NCBI GenBank assembly: GCA_045637425.1
Contig: JAZTZL010000010.1
Coordinates: 438-64,437, forward strand
Length of the DNA stretch: 64,000 bases
Source: Rikenellaceae bacterium
GTDB taxonomy: Bacteria > Bacteroidota > Bacteroidia > Bacteroidales > Rikenellaceae
Direction: 5' to 3'
Shown: positions 60,344-64,000 of the stretch, piece by piece
How the letters are laid out: every line of letters begins with the position of its first letter
Numbering within the stretch: position 1 is the first letter of the stretch
Position numbers and translations under genes: made by a program
The notes under the pieces: model-generated
Seen by the model: only the letters and a program-made list of their open reading frames with translations
Told to the model about the DNA's origin: nothing
Database searches by the model: none

Positions 60344-61449
60344 CTATCATACAACTGATTTGGGTTAGTTATCAATCCCTCCTCGAATATTTCGTCATCT
60401 TCCACTATGGGTAAAATATCATCTGTAGCTATCTCAAACGATGTTATGCCCAATGATATACCGATTCCAAAACCACAGCACAATACGCGGATTGTTTGCG
60501 ATTTGCAACTCTCTCCATATCTATCACATAGTGAAAGTATTGCCGATGCTCCAGAGGTATTTCCATAACGATCGAGCGTTATGGGCATCTTTTCAAAATC
60601 AATCTTCACCTTCTTGGCTATCTGTTTGAGAATGTATAAATTGGCCTGATGAAATGCAAAGCAGTCGTAATCATCTACCGTAGTAGACGTTTTTCTCAAG
60701 AAATCGCGAATCAGCTTCGGAACATCAAAAATCGTAAACGTAAAGACCGAAGTCCCCTGAATAAACGAATTCAACAACGAACGCGGATTACCGTCCTGAC
60801 ACATAACCACTTGCGGATCGGCATTCAGATTGCGATAACCACCGCCCGGAATAATCATATATTTGAATCCCGAACCGTCGCTGCGCACCATAGCCTTAAT
60901 TCTATCGCTCATATTATCGCTCTTTTCCAGCAGCATTGCGCCACCAGCCTCGCCAAATAACATCGCAGAACTGCGGTCTGTCGGACACACCGATTTTCCC
61001 GCCGTATCTCCCACAATCAGCAACGCTTTCGATATGTCACCCGTATTCATAATCGACGCTACGGTCTGCATTCCTATAACCAACGACGAACACCCCAAAC
61101 TAATATCATAACAAACTGCATCACAGGGTATTCCCAAGCGATACTGCAGCACAAATGCCGTAGCAGGCCGCCTATAATCGGGACTATGCGACGCAAATAT
61201 CAACGCCCCAATCTCCTCTGGTTGAATACCTTTTTTTGCCAATAATTCGCATGCAGCTCGAAAACCTAAGTCACTGCAAGTCTGATGTTCCAGAGTTCTG
61301 CGGGTCTCCTCCACGCCCGTCATTTCAATAAACTTCTCAACCTCAGACTCACCGAATACCGACTTATAACTACGCGTCGTAACAACCTGCTTTGGAACTG
61401 CACAAGCTACACCCGAGACCCGTATATTGTTGAATTCAAAATATGCCAT
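60340..61449 (-). CDS. KAS-III (FabH)-like enzyme
   Basis: 369 aa. Cys-His-Asn triad contexts SLGCSSLV, FHQANLYIL and GNTSGASAIL. ATGA overlap with the adenylation gene. Confidence 0.85.
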   Translation of the reverse strand: MAYFEFNNIRVSGVACAVPKQVVTTRSYKSVFGESEVEKFIEMTGVEETRRTLEHQTCSDLGFRAACELLAKKGIQPEEIGALIFASHSPDYRRPATAFVLQYRLGIPCDAVCYDISLGCSSLVIGMQTVASIMNTGDISKALLIVGDTAGKSVCPTDRSSAMLFGEAGGAMLLEKSDNMSDRIKAMVRSDGSGFKYMIIPGGGYRNLNADPQVVMCQDGNPRSLLNSFIQGTSVFTFTIFDVPKLIRDFLRKTSTTVDDYDCFAFHQANLYILKQIAKKVKIDFEKMPITLDRYGNTSGASAILSLCDRYGESCKSQTIRVLCCGFGIGISLGITSFEIATDDILPIVEDDEIFEEGLITNPNQLYDR

Positions 61450-61452
61450 AGT

Positions 61453-62085
61453 CTAAAAATCCATCTTCTTTGCAGGGTAACCAATAACACGAGTATTGGG
61501 TTTTATGTTCGAAAATACAATACTTCCAGCGCAAATGAAGGCATCATCACCAACTTTCAATCCGTTGAGCACAACGGCGTGGCTACCGACAAAGACACGC
61601 TTACCGAGCTGCGCAGTAGTTACATTGGCAAATCCCGTAATAGTCGAGTAGTCACCTACCGTAGCATCTTGTCCAACCATACAGCCTGCCAGATGCACAA
61701 AGTCGCCTATCTGTGCGCAGTCGCCAACTGACGATCGTCCACCAATAAAACAGCCCCTGCCCAACTTCGCCTTCTCGTTAACCATTGCCAGCGGGTGAAT
61801 CAACGAAATGAATTCGGCTCCTTTGGCACTCAACTGCTCGACAAGTTTAGCCTTCACCGCAGGATTGGCTACACCCAAAACGTAGCGCTCATTTTCACCT
61901 ACAACCCAATCCTTTATGGTACCGATGACCTTGTAATCGCAATCCTTACCATCTAATGCGTGCAGATTGTCATCTATCAGCCCCTTAATCTGCCAATCAT
62001 AATTATTGTACTCAATCACAGCCTTCGCCAGATAGAGAGCCTCGCGTCCAAATCCGCCCGCACCAACTATTATTATATCCAACAT
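61453..62085 (-). CDS. NeuD/PglD-family sugar N/O-acyltransferase (left-handed beta-helix)
   Basis: N-terminal Rossmann-like IIIVGAGGFGREAL followed by hexapeptide repeats (IGDFVHLAGCMVGQDATVGDYSTITGFANV...). Confidence 0.8.
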   Translation of the reverse strand: MLDIIIVGAGGFGREALYLAKAVIEYNNYDWQIKGLIDDNLHALDGKDCDYKVIGTIKDWVVGENERYVLGVANPAVKAKLVEQLSAKGAEFISLIHPLAMVNEKAKLGRGCFIGGRSSVGDCAQIGDFVHLAGCMVGQDATVGDYSTITGFANVTTAQLGKRVFVGSHAVVLNGLKVGDDAFICAGSIVFSNIKPNTRVIGYPAKKMDF

Positions 62086-62099
62086 AAATACTTATTTTT

Positions 62100-63128
62100 C
62101 TAACTTCTATATAGAGGGAAAAAACTGCTCTCGATATCAAATTCAGGGTCGGCATCTACACGTTTCTGTACCAATTTCGAGTAAATTTCCTGCAAAAATA
62201 TCTCCTTGCCAATCGAGAACCGACACTCATAATTCTTATTGAACGAGCGCTTAAACCTGAACAGATTGTCCTCGCCCGAGCCAACTCCGCCACCCAAATG
62301 CAGCGTCTTATAGCCGTGTTCCACACCCCACAACGCAGCCTCATAGAGCAGTAAATTGCCAGCTGCGTAGTTGCGATACTCAACGCGCGAACCTGCCAAA
62401 TGGTAGTGCATACGTCCATTCGCAAACAACATTATAGCCACAGATATTACAACACCCTCATATACTGCATAGAATATCAGATAGTTATCTTTAAGTTCCT
62501 GTGCAAGTGAATCGTAAAACTCGTGTTCGAAATAGTAATACTCCTTCGCCTCATCTCGACTCATCGTTGAGTTGTATATCTCGATGAACTCATCAAATAG
62601 CTCAGCACCCTGCCCCGAACGAATTTCAACGCCACGCTTGGCAGCCTTTCTAATAGAAGTTCTATTCTGATGAATCATATTCTGCAGTATAACCTCCTCT
62701 GAATCGAGCGCCATTTCAATGGTATATCCCAAATCTATGACTGATGCTACCGAGCGCATATTATCTGCATTTCGCAACTGAGGGTGATAACGCACAAAAT
62801 TTGAAACAATATGCCGATTGCGCATTGACTCAACATACTCATCATAAAATCGTCGAATATTCTCGTGTGAAGCATCACCCTCAAAGAGCACTCCACCATA
62901 ACCATAGGGCGTAATAGCATCAAACCAGCAATCATCAACTATGCGTTTCATATAGACATAAATCGCTCGCAGCGACGCCGAATCGTAATACATCAACTCG
63001 GGCTCACCATCGCCGTGCAGTTTGAATCCCTTCACATAGCCGCTCAGGTAGTAGACATCATACTGCGCGAATGAGGTTACAACTGCGTCCCAGCGTTCCG
63101 AATCGGTTATATCTATTATTTCAATCAT
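62100..63128 (-). CDS. FemAB-like / GNAT-fold aminoacyl (peptidyl) transferase family protein
   Basis: 342 aa. The C-terminal half MHYHLAGSRVEYRNYAAGNLLLYEAALWGVEHGYKTLHLGGG resembles FemX/FemAB-type transferases. The assignment is from motif memory. Confidence 0.6.
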   Translation of the reverse strand: MIEIIDITDSERWDAVVTSFAQYDVYYLSGYVKGFKLHGDGEPELMYYDSASLRAIYVYMKRIVDDCWFDAITPYGYGGVLFEGDASHENIRRFYDEYVESMRNRHIVSNFVRYHPQLRNADNMRSVASVIDLGYTIEMALDSEEVILQNMIHQNRTSIRKAAKRGVEIRSGQGAELFDEFIEIYNSTMSRDEAKEYYYFEHEFYDSLAQELKDNYLIFYAVYEGVVISVAIMLFANGRMHYHLAGSRVEYRNYAAGNLLLYEAALWGVEHGYKTLHLGGGVGSGEDNLFRFKRSFNKNYECRFSIGKEIFLQEIYSKLVQKRVDADPEFDIESSFFPLYRS

Positions 63129-64000
63129 TCAGTATCATTTTTATCTTTTCACCCAACATATCAATCTCAGCTGAGGTGTATCTCGCATCACAATGTATTG
63201 ACAACATTCTGTTGCTAAAATCCATTACCTCGGTACTACCCGACTCCAACGGCCACAATATCGCAGGATATATTTGTTCAGATATAAGACTATTGCGTAC
63301 TGCATCACGTTGTTGCCCACTCTCAAATAGCAACACTGCCGAAAAGGGATTACACTTGCCATTTTCGGGTTTAAGGCAACACACCTCCGCCCCCAGCGAC
63401 GCAATCAATCTCGTCCAATTCTCGCGTTTGGCAGCATACCACCCCGTAGTGTCAAAATGGTCAATTACCTTCCGGCTACGAATATCTGGCGCACAAATCG
63501 CCATTTCCGACATTGCATCTTCACACCTTCTGAACAGCGTCAAATACTCCTCTTTTGACAGTTCAACACCCGAAAGGTAATCGCGTTTCAAATCCATTGC
63601 CCGCCACCTCAATGCACCCACGCAATCCTCACTCGCCAGCTCCATATCGGGCAGCGGCAAATTACGAGGCGACCAGATGATTCCACCCTCTGCTATGGGT
63701 AACGACTTCCTCAACGAAGCCACACACCAATCGGCATCACTACCCGCAGCCCACTCACCTGTCAAATCGTGCGAATGGTCCTCGATTACGGGCACGGGCA
63801 GGTGTGCATTGCTACGCACGCCTCTCAGTCCGAAATAATTGACCCGCAGCAGAGCATCTCCTTCGCAAAAATCGAGTTGCGAAATAACCCGTTCATCATC
63901 TGCAGTCGGAAAATCTTCATAAGTCATCATTTCCACCCCAGATTCACTAAGATACGCCGCCACCTCGCCACAAAAATAGGCAGGCAACCACAAGCGTTTC
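63121..64000 (-). CDS. DegT/DnrJ/EryC1/StrS-family sugar aminotransferase (N-terminus beyond right edge)
   Basis: Frame is open to the window edge. PLP-Lys context ASLRKSLPIAEGGII. The length seen (~293 aa) is the C-terminal ~3/4 of a typical enzyme. 8-nt overlap with the FemAB-like gene. Confidence 0.75.
   Translation of the reverse strand, partial: KRLWLPAYFCGEVAAYLSESGVEMMTYEDFPTADDERVISQLDFCEGDALLRVNYFGLRGVRSNAHLPVPVIEDHSHDLTGEWAAGSDADWCVASLRKSLPIAEGGIIWSPRNLPLPDMELASEDCVGALRWRAMDLKRDYLSGVELSKEEYLTLFRRCEDAMSEMAICAPDIRSRKVIDHFDTTGWYAAKRENWTRLIASLGAEVCCLKPENGKCNPFSAVLLFESGQQRDAVRNSLISEQIYPAILWPLESGSTEVMDFSNRMLSIHCDARYTSAEIDMLGEKIKMILND

Overview
About 64 kb of a Bacteroidales-type (phylum Bacteroidota) chromosome. 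The assignment rests on gene content (DUF3575/Mfa2-like pilus genes, CarboxypepD_reg-type outer-membrane barrel, DUF349, DUF4271-HemD pair, parE-parC) and on repeated TAnnTTTG -7 promoter boxes 20-60 nt upstream of starts. Most of the window is densely packed housekeeping: secA (3' part), efp, rnhB, ispH, cmk, lnt, rnpA-yidD, nhaA, pgk, rsmG, aroB, yidC, pyrG, parE/parC, aroK, folB, rubrerythrin and ferritin. There are three tRNA genes: Leu-GAG, Pro-TGG and Pro-CGG. I saw no CRISPR array, rRNA, transposase or integrase. Four regions deserve a second look. (1) 29.9-32.1 kb holds a self-contained three-gene operon with its own promoter, placed after the pgk terminator and before tRNA-Leu. It encodes a small GNAT-like ORF, a PP-loop PAPS-reductase/DUF3440 (IbrA-like) protein and a ParB/sulfiredoxin-fold (IbrB-like) protein. 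This domain pairing recalls DndC/DndB-type nucleic-acid modification systems, and no biochemical function is known for it. It is my best candidate for an undescribed system. (2) 57.6-64.0 kb, running off the right edge, is a tightly overlapping minus-strand operon. It combines a sugar aminotransferase, a FemAB-like transferase, a NeuD/PglD-like acyltransferase, a KAS-III-like enzyme, a DltA-like adenylation enzyme, a two-domain GNAT and two different stand-alone carrier proteins. This looks like a carrier-protein-dependent aminoacyl/acyl tailoring cassette of a surface glycan locus. (3) An AT-rich islet lies between tRNA-Leu and the tRNA-Pro pair. It carries one YD-repeat-like lipoprotein gene, preceded by a roughly 300-nt leader with nested, pseudoknot-like inverted repeats. 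(4) Several odd protein tails occur: a (GMGR)n tail on an outer-membrane barrel, a Lys/Thr/Ser-rich tail on HemD, and a rubrerythrin with rubredoxin-like domains at both ends. All calls come from reading the translations and the DNA by eye; no database searches were run.
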